Of a stretch of 64,000 nucleotides of DNA, positions 20,410 to 31,264 are shown piece after piece. Numbering within the stretch: the first letter of the stretch is position 1; each line of letters starts with the position of its first letter. The stretch comes from an uncultured Treponema sp. (GTDB taxonomy: Bacteria > Spirochaetota > Spirochaetia > Treponematales > Treponemataceae): contig CAZIQK010000003.1 in assembly GCA_964541735.1 (NCBI GenBank), positions 5,484 to 69,483 of the forward strand, read 5' to 3'. Below the pieces are notes generated by a model. That model saw only the letters and a program-made list of their open reading frames with translations, searched no databases and was not told where the DNA came from. A program made the position numbers and the translations under genes.

Positions 20410-20889
20410 TTATCGTTCTACATTTGGAATATGTTTCTTTAAGGCTTTCATAAATTCTTCGCCTGAAACACCTTCTTTTAAACATGCAAACATACAATTA
20501 TCACCAGCAACGGTTCCTAAAACTTCATCAAGATTTAGATTGTCTAGTGCATTACAAACAGAGTTTGCATGTCCGGAAAAAGTTTTTATAACAACGATAT
20601 TTCCGCTCCAATCAATACTTACGTAACCGCGCAAAAAATCTTGTACATAAATTCCTTCTCGCTCAACTTCTTCATCATCAGGAAGTGCATACATATAACT
20701 AGATTTTCCATCCGGAACTTTTCCGACTTTTAAGAGTTTTAAATCACGGCTAAGAGTTGCTTGAGTAAGTTCAAATCCTGCTTTTTCCAGCAAATTTAAT
20801 AATTCATCCTGACTTTCGATTGTGTTATTTTTTATTAAATTTTTAATTACTTTTAAGCGAGATTGGCGTTCTTTCATCTTATTTTCCAC
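20410..20889 (-). CDS. argR: arginine repressor
   Basis: Winged-helix QATLSRDLKLL plus C-terminal oligomerisation/arginine-binding domain (GTVAGDN). Alternative ATG start at 20877. Confidence 0.85.
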   Translation of the reverse strand: MENKMKERQSRLKVIKNLIKNNTIESQDELLNLLEKAGFELTQATLSRDLKLLKVGKVPDGKSSYMYALPDDEEVEREGIYVQDFLRGYVSIDWSGNIVVIKTFSGHANSVCNALDNLNLDEVLGTVAGDNCMFACLKEGVSGEEFMKALKKHIPNVER

Positions 20890-20897
20890 AAAAAAAA

Positions 20898-20926
20898 ACT
20901 GTATATTTATACAAAAAATATACAGT
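20898..20926. promoter_or_regulatory. ARG-box-like palindrome just upstream of argR (possible autoregulation)
   Basis: tgtatatttataca at 20900-20913, nested in the inverted repeat actgtata...tatacagt (20898-20926). Confidence 0.5.
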
Positions 20927-20999
20927 TTTTATGCAAAAAATTCAACATAAATGAATTTTCAAGCATTGTGTTATTTGAATTTAGAGAAATTTATGTTTT

Positions 21000-22583
21000 T
21001 TATTTTATTAAAAGAGAAGAATATCCTTTTAATGCTCCGTCCATATTTCCGCTCAATACAGTTTTTGCAAGTTTTTTTCCTAACTGAACGCCTTCTTGAT
21101 CAAAAGAATTTACATTCCATATAAATCCTTGGAACATAACTTTATTTTCATAATGAGCAAGTAATGCACCCAAAGTTTTAGGATTTACTTGATTTCCGTA
21201 AATTAAACTTGATGGTCGATTTCCTTCAAAAGATTTATTTGGATTATCATCTTTTTTTCCGCATGCAAAAGCAACAATTTGAGCAATAACGTTTGCACAA
21301 AGTTTTTTCTGACTTGTAGAATTTTCTATTACAACATCATCACCAGTTTGATTTTCGCTAAAAGCAATAAATTGAAGAGGAATAATATCAGTTCCTTGGT
21401 GTAAAAGTTGATAAAATGAATGTTGTCCATTTGTACCCGGCTCACCAAAAATAACCGGACCTGTTACATAATCAATTTTTTCTCCAAATCGATTTACAGA
21501 TTTTCCATTTGATTCCATATCAAGTTGTTGAAGATGTGCAGGGAAACGAGAAAGAGCTTGTGAATAAGGAAGAATTGCTGTTGAAGGATAATTTTGAACA
21601 TTTCTTTCGTAAACGCCAATCAAAGCATCCATTAGTGCTGCATTTTTTGTAATATCTTTATTTAAAGAAAGTTTATCTTCCTCTGCCGCTCCGTCTAAAA
21701 AATCTTGGAAAACTTTTGCACCAAATGCAAGTGATAAAATTGCTCCACCAACTCCAGAAGTTGAAGAATATCTTCCACCAATATAGTCGTCCATATAAAA
21801 TGCTTGCATATAAGCAGGATTATTTGCTAAAGGAGAAGTTTCTGAAGTTACTGCAATCATATGTTTTGAAGCATCACATCCAGCTTTTTTAATATATTCT
21901 TTTACAAAAGATTCATTTGTTAAAGTTTCAAGAGTTGTTCCGGATTTTGAAACTAAAATAAAAATTGTTTTTGAAATATCAAGCGATTTCATCACACTTG
22001 CAGCATCATCAGGATCAACATTTGAAATAAAATGTGCATCCATTTTGAAAGTATTGTTTTTCTTTGCCCAATTTTCCAAAGCTAAATACATTGCTCGAGG
22101 ACCTAAATCTGAACCGCCAATTCCAATTTGGCAAACTGTTGTATATTTTTCGCCTTTTTCATTTAAAATTTTTCCAGAATGAACATTTTCTGCAAATTCC
22201 GCAATTCGTTTTACTTCGTTTAAATAAAATTCTCTTTTGTTTACACCATCAGCAATAACATCATTTCCAAGTTGTCCACGTAAAAGATGATGTAAAACCA
22301 TTCGATTTTCGCCAGTGTTTATTACAGAACCATTTAACAAATCTTGATATTTTTCAATCAACTGTTGCTCTTCTGCAAGTTCTTCAAAAGTTTTTAAGAT
22401 TTGTTCATTAACTTGTTTAGCTGCATAGTTATAAACAAGATTTGCTCCCATAGGAATAGAATATTCTGAAATTCTTTTTGATGCATTTTCGCCAGAAAGT
22501 TCATCTTTTACAGAAACCATTCCTTTCAAAGACATTAATTTTTTCCAAGAAGTCAATTTATCAGCATTTGTCCAATTAATCAT
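21000..22583 (-). CDS. pgi: glucose-6-phosphate isomerase
   Basis: 527 aa. IGIGGSDLGP, SKSGTTLET and GxPGTNGQHSFYQ motifs. Confidence 0.92.
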   Translation of the reverse strand: MINWTNADKLTSWKKLMSLKGMVSVKDELSGENASKRISEYSIPMGANLVYNYAAKQVNEQILKTFEELAEEQQLIEKYQDLLNGSVINTGENRMVLHHLLRGQLGNDVIADGVNKREFYLNEVKRIAEFAENVHSGKILNEKGEKYTTVCQIGIGGSDLGPRAMYLALENWAKKNNTFKMDAHFISNVDPDDAASVMKSLDISKTIFILVSKSGTTLETLTNESFVKEYIKKAGCDASKHMIAVTSETSPLANNPAYMQAFYMDDYIGGRYSSTSGVGGAILSLAFGAKVFQDFLDGAAEEDKLSLNKDITKNAALMDALIGVYERNVQNYPSTAILPYSQALSRFPAHLQQLDMESNGKSVNRFGEKIDYVTGPVIFGEPGTNGQHSFYQLLHQGTDIIPLQFIAFSENQTGDDVVIENSTSQKKLCANVIAQIVAFACGKKDDNPNKSFEGNRPSSLIYGNQVNPKTLGALLAHYENKVMFQGFIWNVNSFDQEGVQLGKKLAKTVLSGNMDGALKGYSSLLIK

Positions 22584-22625
22584 ATATTACCTCAAAAAAT
22601 TCAATTTGAAAAAGTATAATGATTT

Positions 22626-22891
22626 TAGAAATTGCTTGCAATGTGTGCATTAAGAAACGCAAGCAGGTGCGTAGCGTTTCATTACTGTGTTAAATAATAA
22701 ACTTAAAATGTGAAACATTTTATGCTAATTTTACGAAGTAAAATTAGAGTGCAGGTTGGAGTTTTTTACATTTTAATCACGTTTCTAACCTGCACAGTGT
22801 TAAATAATAAACTTAAACTGTGAAACATTTTAAGTTTCCACTTGTGCATTAAGAAACGCAAGCAGGTGCGTAGCAACGAAGCAATTTTCTA
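22626..22891. repeat. complex repeat cluster in the pgi-leuS divergent spacer
   Basis: 31-nt direct repeat at 22645-22675 and 22844-22874. 36-nt direct repeat at 22687-22722 and 22797-22832. 10-bp hairpin at 22725-22747. Inverted repeat gtgcaggtt / aacctgcac at 22749-22795. Imperfect terminal inverted repeats tagaaattgcttgc / cgaagcaattttcta. Confidence 0.8.
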
Positions 22892-23050
22892 TAATTATTC
22901 TGAAATTGATTTAACACTTTGTAAATTTTTTATTATAGGGGTCTGTCCCCTATACCTCCGTTTTGATTGCTTATCGTCGCTTAATTGTAATAACATTGAA
23001 TTTTCATTATAATCTTTATTAAATTCATTTTTTATGGGAGAAAATTCAAA

Positions 23051-25603
23051 ATGTCTAAATATCCTTTTGAATCTATTGAACCTAAATGGCAAAAATATTG
23101 GGAAGAAAATAAAACGTTTAAGGTTTCAGAAGATGAAAACTTCCCAAAAGAAAAACGCCAATACGTTTTGGATATGTTTCCTTATCCTTCTGCTGCGGGA
23201 CTTCACGTAGGTCATCCTGAAGGTTATACAGCAACCGATATTTATTGTCGTTATCTTAGAATGAATGGATACAACGTTCTCCATCCTATGGGATTTGACT
23301 CTTTTGGTCTTCCGGCAGAAAATTATGCAATCAAAACAGGAACTCATCCAAAAGTAACAACTCATGCAAATATCGAAAAATTTACACAACAAATAAAATC
23401 TCTTGGTTTTAGTTATGATTGGGACCGATGTATTTCAACTTGTGAACCAGAATATTATAAATGGACACAATGGATTTTCCTTCAACTTTACAAAAAAGGA
23501 CTTGCTTATGAAGCTCAAACACCAATCAACTGGTGTCCATCTTGTTTAACAGGACTTGCAAATGAAGAAGTCAAAGAAGGTCGTTGCGAACGTTGTGGAA
23601 CTCAAGTAACTCATAAAACAATCAGACAATGGATTTTAAAAATTACAGATTATGCAGACAGACTTGATAAAGATTTAGAATCTCTTGACTGGCCGGAAAG
23701 TGTAAAACTTATGCAACATAACTGGATTGGAAAATCAACCGGAGCAGAAGTCATTTTTACAGTTGCAGATAAAGATGGAAATCCTACAGATAAAAAACTC
23801 ACTGTATACACAACAAGATGTGATACTTTATTTGGTGCAACTTATATGGTTGTTTCTCCAGAACATAAAATTATTTCTGAAATTACAACCGCTGAACAAG
23901 AAAAACTTGTAAAAGAATATCAAGAATCTGCGGCAAAAAAATCTGATCTTGAACGTACAGATTTAGCAAAAGACAAAACCGGAGTTTTCTCTGGAAGTTA
24001 TGCAATAAATCCTGTAAATGGAAAATTAATTCCAATTTGGATTGCTGATTATGTTTTAATTTCTTACGGAACCGGTGCAATTATGGCTGTTCCTGCACAT
24101 GATGAACGTGACTGGGATTTTGCTAAAAAATTTAACCTTCCAATCATTGAAGTTTTGAAAAGTGAAGTTGATGTTCAAGAAAAAGCTTGGACTCAAGATG
24201 GAATTCATGTAAATTCTGATTTTTTAAACGGATTAAATAAAAAAGATGCAATTGAAAAAATGCTTGAATTCCTTGAAGAAAAGAAAATTGGTAGAAAAGC
24301 AATCAATTATAAACTTAGAGATTGGGTTTACAGTCGTCAGCGTTATTGGGGAGAACCAATACCTTTAATTCATTGTCAAAATTGTGGAACAGTTCCTGTG
24401 CCAGAAGAAGATCTTCCTGTAAAATTACCAGAAGTAAAATCTTATCAACCAACCGGAACTGGAGAAAGTCCTCTTGCCGCAATAGATTCTTGGGTAAATT
24501 GTAAATGTCCAAAATGTGGTGGAAATGCAAAACGAGAAACTAATACAATGCCTCAGTGGGGAGGTTCTTGTTGGTATTATCTTCGTTATATCGACCCTAA
24601 AAATGACAACAAATTCTGTGCACCGGAAAAAGAAAAATATTGGATGCCGGTTGACCTTTACATTGGTGGAGCTGAACATGCAGTTTTACATCTTTTATAT
24701 GCACGTTTTTGGCATAAAGTTCTTTATGATTTAGGAGTCGTTTCTACAAAAGAACCTTTCCAACGATTGATAAATCAAGGAATGATTACATCTTTTGCAT
24801 TCCAACGAAAAAATAAAACTCTTGTACCAACAGATGAAGTTGAACAGCGTGAAGATGGAAAATATTATGAGCAAAAAACAGGCGAAGAACTTGAACAAAT
24901 CGTTGCAAAAATGTCTAAATCGCTAAAAAATGTTGTAAATCCTGATGATGAAATAAAAGCTTATGGAGCAGACTCTGTGAGAATGTATGAAATGTTTATG
25001 GGACCTCTCACAATGTCAAAACCTTGGTCTACACAAGGAATTGTTGGAATTCATAGATTTTTGGAAAAAGTTTGGGCAATTTCTGAAAAACCAATGACAG
25101 ATTTGGATATTACAACTCATTTAACTGATAAAGCATTAATTTCTGCAAGAAAAACATTTGCTCAAACTGTAAAAAAAGTTACAAATGATACAAATTCTTT
25201 GAATTTTAATACCGCAATTAGCCAGATGATGATTTTTGTAAATGAAATTTCAAAATTACCAGAAATACCGCGAGCAATGTGGTCAGATTTTGTCAAACTT
25301 TTATCACCTTATGCACCTCATCTTGGAGAAGAACTTTGGCAAAAACTTGGACATGATAAAACAATTGCTTATGAAAAATGGCCAACAATCAGCGAAGATT
25401 TTGGAAAAGATGATGTAAAAACAATTGTAGTAATGATTAATGGCAAAAAAAGAGATACTTTTGAAGTAGCTCCGGGAACTTCTGATGATGTTTTAAAAGA
25501 AACAGCTTTTAATCGTGAAATTACTAAAAAATTTACAGACGGTCATGAAATTGCAAAATGTATTGTTGTAAAAGATAAACTTGTAAATATTGTTGTAAAA
25601 TAA
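23051..25603 (+). CDS. leuS: leucine--tRNA ligase
   Basis: 850 aa. HVGH (HIGH) motif, KMSKS motif (AKMSKSLKN), CP1 editing domain. Confidence 0.97.
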   Translation: MSKYPFESIEPKWQKYWEENKTFKVSEDENFPKEKRQYVLDMFPYPSAAGLHVGHPEGYTATDIYCRYLRMNGYNVLHPMGFDSFGLPAENYAIKTGTHPKVTTHANIEKFTQQIKSLGFSYDWDRCISTCEPEYYKWTQWIFLQLYKKGLAYEAQTPINWCPSCLTGLANEEVKEGRCERCGTQVTHKTIRQWILKITDYADRLDKDLESLDWPESVKLMQHNWIGKSTGAEVIFTVADKDGNPTDKKLTVYTTRCDTLFGATYMVVSPEHKIISEITTAEQEKLVKEYQESAAKKSDLERTDLAKDKTGVFSGSYAINPVNGKLIPIWIADYVLISYGTGAIMAVPAHDERDWDFAKKFNLPIIEVLKSEVDVQEKAWTQDGIHVNSDFLNGLNKKDAIEKMLEFLEEKKIGRKAINYKLRDWVYSRQRYWGEPIPLIHCQNCGTVPVPEEDLPVKLPEVKSYQPTGTGESPLAAIDSWVNCKCPKCGGNAKRETNTMPQWGGSCWYYLRYIDPKNDNKFCAPEKEKYWMPVDLYIGGAEHAVLHLLYARFWHKVLYDLGVVSTKEPFQRLINQGMITSFAFQRKNKTLVPTDEVEQREDGKYYEQKTGEELEQIVAKMSKSLKNVVNPDDEIKAYGADSVRMYEMFMGPLTMSKPWSTQGIVGIHRFLEKVWAISEKPMTDLDITTHLTDKALISARKTFAQTVKKVTNDTNSLNFNTAISQMMIFVNEISKLPEIPRAMWSDFVKLLSPYAPHLGEELWQKLGHDKTIAYEKWPTISEDFGKDDVKTIVVMINGKKRDTFEVAPGTSDDVLKETAFNREITKKFTDGHEIAKCIVVKDKLVNIVVK

Positions 25604-25670
25604 ACAATTACACAAGATTTATTGTAGAACTTTGATTGAATTTTTCAAAATAAGTTCGGTAAATAAAAAA

Positions 25671-25709
25671 ATCCAATGTTTCAAATACAGAAACATTGGA
25701 TTTTTTTTA
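25671..25709. terminator. bidirectional intrinsic terminator between leuS and the STAS gene
   Basis: atccaatgtttc-N7-gaaacattggat, a 12-bp perfect stem, flanked by an A-run and a T8 run. Confidence 0.85.
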
Positions 25710-25727
25710 CCAAAATTAATCTAAAAA

Positions 25728-26054
25728 TTATTTTACTTCTGTTACTGAAGTAATAATATTAAACTCAGATTTAAAACCTGTAGAATTTATCACTTGTGAA
25801 GATTCATTTGATAAAGCCATAAAATATAAAGTATGACCGGATTCTTCAGCATCATTAAAAGCAGCCATCAAACATCCCATTCCTGACATATCAAGTTCTA
25901 TTAATTCTGACATATCCAAAACGACATTATATTTTAAAACATCTGTATAAAGTTTTGTTTGAAATTCACCTAGAGTATAGGCATTCAACGCACCTTGCAA
26001 AACATAAAGTCTGTAGTTTGCACCTTCTTTTTCTATAATAGTTAATTGTTCCAT
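25728..26054 (-). CDS. STAS-domain anti-sigma-factor antagonist (SpoIIAA/RsbV-like)
   Basis: 108 aa. Conserved phospho-serine context LDMSGMGCL. Confidence 0.8.
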   Translation of the reverse strand: MEQLTIIEKEGANYRLYVLQGALNAYTLGEFQTKLYTDVLKYNVVLDMSELIELDMSGMGCLMAAFNDAEESGHTLYFMALSNESSQVINSTGFKSEFNIITSVTEVK

Positions 26055-26078
26055 ATTTTATTGACCTCTTTTTACAAA

Positions 26079-28622
26079 TTAAAGTCCAGCTTCCTTTAAT
26101 AAATCATCTAAATCACTCAAATCAGGAATTTCTTCATCTGAATTTTGAGAATTTTCCGAAGATTGATTTTCTGATGAAGGATTTTCTTCAGAAATTTCAG
26201 AATTTATTTCTTCTGCAAAATTTTCCTGTGAAAATTCACCATCAATAGTATTTTCTGACGAATCAAAAATATCTTCTTTTGGCATATCATCAAGATTTTC
26301 TGGTAAATCAACTTTATATTCTTCTTTTATTGTTTCTGAAGGTTCTTCTATTACTTCGCTAATTTTATTTTCATCTTCAACTTCCGGAACAACAATTTCT
26401 TCAGGAAGTTCATCATTTCCATTATTTTGAACTTCTGCAAATTCTTCTCTTTTAATTTTAGATTCATATTTCAAAACTAAAATAGAAACATCATCTTCCA
26501 TTTCTTTTGACATAAATTTAACTAAATCATCAAAAGTAAATTGTGCCATTCGCTGAGCGTTATAAGTTGAATTATCTAGAATTGCTTGCTGAATTCGTTC
26601 TTTTCCATATTGTTCGCCACGAAGTGAGTGAGATTGAACTAATCCATCGGTACAAGCAAGAATAATATCTCCATGATTTAATTTTGTAGTTTTTACAGAA
26701 ATATAAGGAGAAATGTCTTTTACAAATCCTAAAACGTGTCCCGAACCTTGAATTTCGATTACGTTATTATAAACTTGTGTATACATCATTAATGCAGGAA
26801 TTCCGCAGTTTATGTAATACATTGTATCAGTTTCAAAATCAATAAGAGCAAAAAGTCCCGCAAAAATTGTACCTTTTCGTAAAGAATCGCGAACAAATGT
26901 ATTTGTTTTTACAACTAATTCCTTAAAATCATGAGTTTCCGCCAAGAAAGTTCGAATAATAGATTTTAAGATGACCATATTCATAGAAGCGGCAATTCCT
27001 TTTCCAGACAAGTCGCCAACTACAAACAAATGCCTTGTCGCTGTAAGACGAATCATATCAATAAATTCACCACCAATATTATGAGATGGAACCATCAAAT
27101 ATCCAGTGTCGATTTTTTCGTTGGTTACATGGTCAATATTTTCCTGAATAGATGTAATAATCTGAGAAGACATCCTAATTTCTCGATTTACAATACCAAT
27201 AACTTCTTTATTAGAAATATTACGCATATAGTAGCCGTAAACGAAAAAGTGAGAATAAAGTTTATCAAAAACTTCATAGTCATAATCTTTAAAATGGTCA
27301 CCATTTGATTTTTTACCGAGAGTTATAACTCCAAAAATATTATGACCTTCGTTCAAAAGAAAAAGTACATCAGAATTTGTTTTATCAAAAAACGCTTGAA
27401 TATCATTTCGCACATCAGCTAAATCATGTTCTTTTTCCAATTGACTTTGCAAAACAACGCTACGATTTATGTTCAAAAGAGCATCAAAACCCGGAGTATT
27501 TATAGGAAATTTTGCTATATAATTATTTGAAGTGTAAGCAGTTTCCAGTTCTCCTTGATTGTTCAAAATATAAACGCACATTGATGAAGTTTCTGTATTA
27601 CGTTTTAAGATTTCAAACATTCGGTTTGCAATATAATCCATTTCGCCAGTTGCATAATCTATTGAAGCCAAATCTCTTTCCAAAGAAGCACCATAATCTG
27701 CCGTGTAAAATTTTGTTGATTTTGCAAAAAGCTCAGAAATCCAATATGCATAAATTACACAAATGATGATTGTAGTAAAAAGTAAAAAGAAATAAACGCC
27801 ATCATTATTTGAATACAAAGGTTGAGCAAACATTGCAACCGCTCCAACGGCTGCAGCAGGCAAGAAATACGAAATCAAAACTCTTATAATTGTGATAAAT
27901 AAAACTTTGCCAGTTGGAACCGTTTCTTGTTTTAATGCAGAATAAATAACCATATACATAAAAAGATATGCATACATATAAAGTGCCGAAAAAAGCGGAA
28001 TATCTTTTGAAATATAACTAATGATAAACCTGCAAAACCACATTAAAACAAGTGCAAAAAATGATAAAAGTGCTTGCGATTTTTCTAGTTGGGTTGCTTG
28101 AGTCTCTTTTTTAATTGCCATTATTAAAATTCCAACTAATGGCAAAATATAACGAAAACTAAATGTATAAACAGTTACCCAAGTCCAAGGAAAAAACTTT
28201 CTAGCAGTTTCTGAGAATAAATATTCAGATTGAATAATAATTCCTTTATCATTGCTTACATCAATTTGAGAAAAGCGAGTAAACACTAAAACACAAACTA
28301 AAACACAAAGTACAACTTGAATAAGTCGTGGAAAGAATTTTTTAGTATTTAATGAGATTGATAAAAATCCATAAGTTAAAAATACAAACATAATTCCGTC
28401 TAAACAGAATGCAATTCGCATAAATTGAGTGGTTAAAGAATCCATCCAATAATTTCTAAAAATCATTGTTGCTAAAAGGAGAATAGATTCGCCACACGCA
28501 AAAAGAAGCGAAACAGAAAAAGAACTCACTTCAACCGAGTTGTTTTTTATTCTGCTATCTAAAAGGCGGGTAAAATAAATAAGTGCAAAAACCACTACGG
28601 CATTCAATACAATATAAATCAT
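26079..28622 (-). CDS. polytopic membrane PP2C/SpoIIE-family serine phosphatase with acidic low-complexity tail
   Basis: 847 aa. About 9 predicted TM helices, then a GAF-like spacer, then PP2C motifs (VVGDLSGKGIAASM, ILACTDGL). The last ~130 aa are an E/D/S/N-rich repeat (SENxSSENQSSENSQNS). Confidence 0.8.
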   Translation of the reverse strand: MIYIVLNAVVVFALIYFTRLLDSRIKNNSVEVSSFSVSLLFACGESILLLATMIFRNYWMDSLTTQFMRIAFCLDGIMFVFLTYGFLSISLNTKKFFPRLIQVVLCVLVCVLVFTRFSQIDVSNDKGIIIQSEYLFSETARKFFPWTWVTVYTFSFRYILPLVGILIMAIKKETQATQLEKSQALLSFFALVLMWFCRFIISYISKDIPLFSALYMYAYLFMYMVIYSALKQETVPTGKVLFITIIRVLISYFLPAAAVGAVAMFAQPLYSNNDGVYFFLLFTTIIICVIYAYWISELFAKSTKFYTADYGASLERDLASIDYATGEMDYIANRMFEILKRNTETSSMCVYILNNQGELETAYTSNNYIAKFPINTPGFDALLNINRSVVLQSQLEKEHDLADVRNDIQAFFDKTNSDVLFLLNEGHNIFGVITLGKKSNGDHFKDYDYEVFDKLYSHFFVYGYYMRNISNKEVIGIVNREIRMSSQIITSIQENIDHVTNEKIDTGYLMVPSHNIGGEFIDMIRLTATRHLFVVGDLSGKGIAASMNMVILKSIIRTFLAETHDFKELVVKTNTFVRDSLRKGTIFAGLFALIDFETDTMYYINCGIPALMMYTQVYNNVIEIQGSGHVLGFVKDISPYISVKTTKLNHGDIILACTDGLVQSHSLRGEQYGKERIQQAILDNSTYNAQRMAQFTFDDLVKFMSKEMEDDVSILVLKYESKIKREEFAEVQNNGNDELPEEIVVPEVEDENKISEVIEEPSETIKEEYKVDLPENLDDMPKEDIFDSSENTIDGEFSQENFAEEINSEISEENPSSENQSSENSQNSDEEIPDLSDLDDLLKEAGL

Positions 28623-28623
28623 T

Positions 28624-30018
28624 CTAGTAACCTACCTTTGCAATCATCATTGTAACATCATCATGCAATTTTTTATCACCATTGTATTTCCAAATAAGAT
28701 CTACAATATCATTAACAAATTCTTGAGGAGTTTTTGAAGCCCCTGCAACCAAAGTTTTTTTATAAATATCAGTATCACCAAGTTCAACGCCATCATCATC
28801 CATAACTTCAGAAACACCGTCTGTTGCCATAAGAATTGTGTCGCCTCGGAAAAGTCGTTTTTCTTGAACAGTTACATCACCAACATCCAAAATTCCGACC
28901 AAAGATGCATTTGAAGTTAAAGGCTTTATTCTATAACCATTTGGTGAAGGAGAAAGTATGAGAGGATCCGACATAGAAGCATTTATATACCGAATTTTCA
29001 TTTTTTCTGTATCAATAATGCTAAGGAACAAAACAGTATATTTATCTTGAAGATGCATACTTTTAATAGCTTTATCTATTGAGTGGAGAACGCTAACCAA
29101 ATCTTCTTTATCTTCAATAATTTTTACAGTGTTCATTACCAACCCCATAATAAGTGCGGCAGGAAGACCTTTTCCGGAAACGTCACCTAACATTAAAAGA
29201 GTTTTGTTTTGATCAATTGGAAGGATTGAATAATAGTCTCCAGAAACATTTACCAAAGGACGATAATAAGTTGCTATTTTTAACTTTGGAATATTTGGAA
29301 TTTTTTGAGGCAAGAATGATTGCTGAGTATCTGCAAGTTGTTCCCATTCTTTTGTTGTCGCAGAAATTTCAGAAAGAGTTGTAATTGTTTTTGTTCTGGA
29401 AATAAAACGTTTATATTCTTCGTAAAGATGTTGATAAACATTAAGATCAAAAAGCCTTGTATAACGACAAAAAACAAAAAAATGTTGTTGTTCAAAACAC
29501 AAAAAGAAACCACGAGCTTTTTTATAACTTGAAGTTACGCCAAAATGTCGGTCGAAAAAGAAAAATCCATCTCGCCAACTGTCAGCAAAATGTTGTTCGA
29601 GTTTTTCGCGAACATCTTCAGAAATTGTAATTCGGTTTGGACTATTATAAAGGATATAGTTTTTTGTTCTATCAATAAAAAGAGCAGAACAATCACCTTG
29701 TTTTTCCAGAATATCAGAAACTGTAGTATAAAAATCTTCCAAAGAATAAGAAGAACGAATTGAATTGATAAACTCATTTAATAAAACTGTTTCACCGGAC
29801 TCTAGAGTTTGTTTTCTAATTTTATTAAGAAAAAATCCTTTAATTTTGCTTCCCCAAAAGAAAATGGAAAGAAAAATTACAGCCGCGACAATTCCTGTAT
29901 AAATAGAAAGTGCCGATGATTTTCGCGTCGGAAGAAGAAATATTGTTACAAAAATTACTGCCGCTATAGAAAAAATATTAATTAATATAAGTGCGACTCT
30001 TTTTCTAGATTTATACAT
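28624..30018 (-). CDS. membrane-anchored PP2C/SpoIIE-family serine phosphatase
   Basis: 464 aa. 2 N-terminal TM helices. PP2C motifs SGDYYS, MLGDVSGKGLPAALIMG, ILMATDGV, DDVTMM. Confidence 0.8.
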   Translation of the reverse strand: MYKSRKRVALILINIFSIAAVIFVTIFLLPTRKSSALSIYTGIVAAVIFLSIFFWGSKIKGFFLNKIRKQTLESGETVLLNEFINSIRSSYSLEDFYTTVSDILEKQGDCSALFIDRTKNYILYNSPNRITISEDVREKLEQHFADSWRDGFFFFDRHFGVTSSYKKARGFFLCFEQQHFFVFCRYTRLFDLNVYQHLYEEYKRFISRTKTITTLSEISATTKEWEQLADTQQSFLPQKIPNIPKLKIATYYRPLVNVSGDYYSILPIDQNKTLLMLGDVSGKGLPAALIMGLVMNTVKIIEDKEDLVSVLHSIDKAIKSMHLQDKYTVLFLSIIDTEKMKIRYINASMSDPLILSPSPNGYRIKPLTSNASLVGILDVGDVTVQEKRLFRGDTILMATDGVSEVMDDDGVELGDTDIYKKTLVAGASKTPQEFVNDIVDLIWKYNGDKKLHDDVTMMIAKVGY

Positions 30019-30127
30019 TTTTACCCCTAAAACAGAAAAATAAACTATATTACTATTCTACCATATAATCGGCAAAATCGTAAAAAAATGTAACAAATTT
30101 TCTGTTTTTAAGAGTAAAAAATAATTT

Positions 30128-31264
30128 TTAACGACCTAAAACATTAAGTTTTGGTTCTGTTGTCGGTCTTTCAATTTCCATAAATTGGCGAAGCAAATCT
30201 TTTTGTTTTTGAGAAAGCCTTATTGGAGTTTGAACAGAAATTTCAACATATAAATCGCCTTTTCTGTTTGAACCGGAAACAGGAACGCCCTCGCCTTTAA
30301 CACGAAGCATTTTTCCGTTTGTAGTTCCTTCAGGAATTTTTATTGTAAGAAGTTTTCCGTCCAATGCAGAAATCGTAACTTCGCAACCTAAAGCTGCTTG
30401 AGTCATTGAAATAGGAATCGAACAAAATAAATCATTTTCTTGACGTTGGAAATTTTGATGCTCTGAAACATGAAGAACTATTACTAAATCTCCACTAGAG
30501 CCACCGTTTTCGCCAGCATCACCTTGACCACGAATAATAATTCTTCTTCCACTATCAACGCCAGCTGGAATTTTTAAAGTCATTTCCTTATTTTTAGTCT
30601 GAAGTCCAGTTCCTCTACAATTTGAACAAGGTTTATCTATTGTAGTACCTTTTCCGTGACAAGTCGGACAAGTTTGTTGAATTGTAAAAAATCCATTTCC
30701 TTGTCGGATTTGCCCCATTCCGTTACAAGTTGGACAAGTTTTTTTACTTGAACCAGCAGAACCTCCAGTTCCATTACAAACTTCACATTTTTCTTTGTGT
30801 TGAAAATGAATATCTACAGAAGTTCCGTAAACGGCATCCTTAAAAGAAATATTTAAATCGTAGCGTAGGTTTGCACCAGATGACGAACCTCTAGAACTTC
30901 GTGATGAACTTCCGCCAAATCCGCTTCCAAAAATGCTTTCAAAAATATCTCCCATTCCGCCGCCCATTCCGCCGAAAAGGTCAGAAAAATCGTGGAATGC
31001 GTGAGAATATCCTCCGCCACCTGCACCGCCAGCCATTCCATCAAGACCGGCAAAACCATATTGGTCGTAAATAGGACGTTTTTTCTCATCAGAAAGAACT
31101 TCGTACGCTTCAGTTGCTTCCTTAAATTTTTCTTCTGCTTCTTTGTCGCCAGGATTTCTATCTGGATGATATTTTACTGCAAGTTTTCTGTACGCTTTTT
31201 TTATCGTATCTTGATCAGCAGACTTATCAACACCTAAAACTTCATAATAATCACGTTTTGCCAT
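30128..31264 (-). CDS. dnaJ: molecular chaperone DnaJ
   Basis: J domain (HPDRNP), G/F region, four CxxCxGxG zinc motifs. Start placed at ATG 31264 ([12 protein letters not shown]); the track start 31276 is TTG. Confidence 0.95.
   Translation of the reverse strand: MAKRDYYEVLGVDKSADQDTIKKAYRKLAVKYHPDRNPGDKEAEEKFKEATEAYEVLSDEKKRPIYDQYGFAGLDGMAGGAGGGGYSHAFHDFSDLFGGMGGGMGDIFESIFGSGFGGSSSRSSRGSSSGANLRYDLNISFKDAVYGTSVDIHFQHKEKCEVCNGTGGSAGSSKKTCPTCNGMGQIRQGNGFFTIQQTCPTCHGKGTTIDKPCSNCRGTGLQTKNKEMTLKIPAGVDSGRRIIIRGQGDAGENGGSSGDLVIVLHVSEHQNFQRQENDLFCSIPISMTQAALGCEVTISALDGKLLTIKIPEGTTNGKMLRVKGEGVPVSGSNRKGDLYVEISVQTPIRLSQKQKDLLRQFMEIERPTTEPKLNVLGR

Noticed and set aside
22705-22722. parS-like half-sites (atgtgaaacat at 22708 and 22819; tgtttcacg at 49693-49701)
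   Set aside because: Only one half of the 16-bp TGTTTCACGTGAAACA palindrome is present in each case. No full site was found near parAB.
22584-23050. T-box leader upstream of leuS
   Set aside because: I could not find the conserved T-box sequence (ggtggtaccgcg-like) or an AGAGA/GNUGNAA specifier-domain layout. The structure is built from direct repeats instead.
22895-23092. 65-aa minus-strand ORF overlapping the leuS start
   Set aside because: It overlaps the leuS start region antisense and crosses the 16-mer hairpin, with no RBS or motif.
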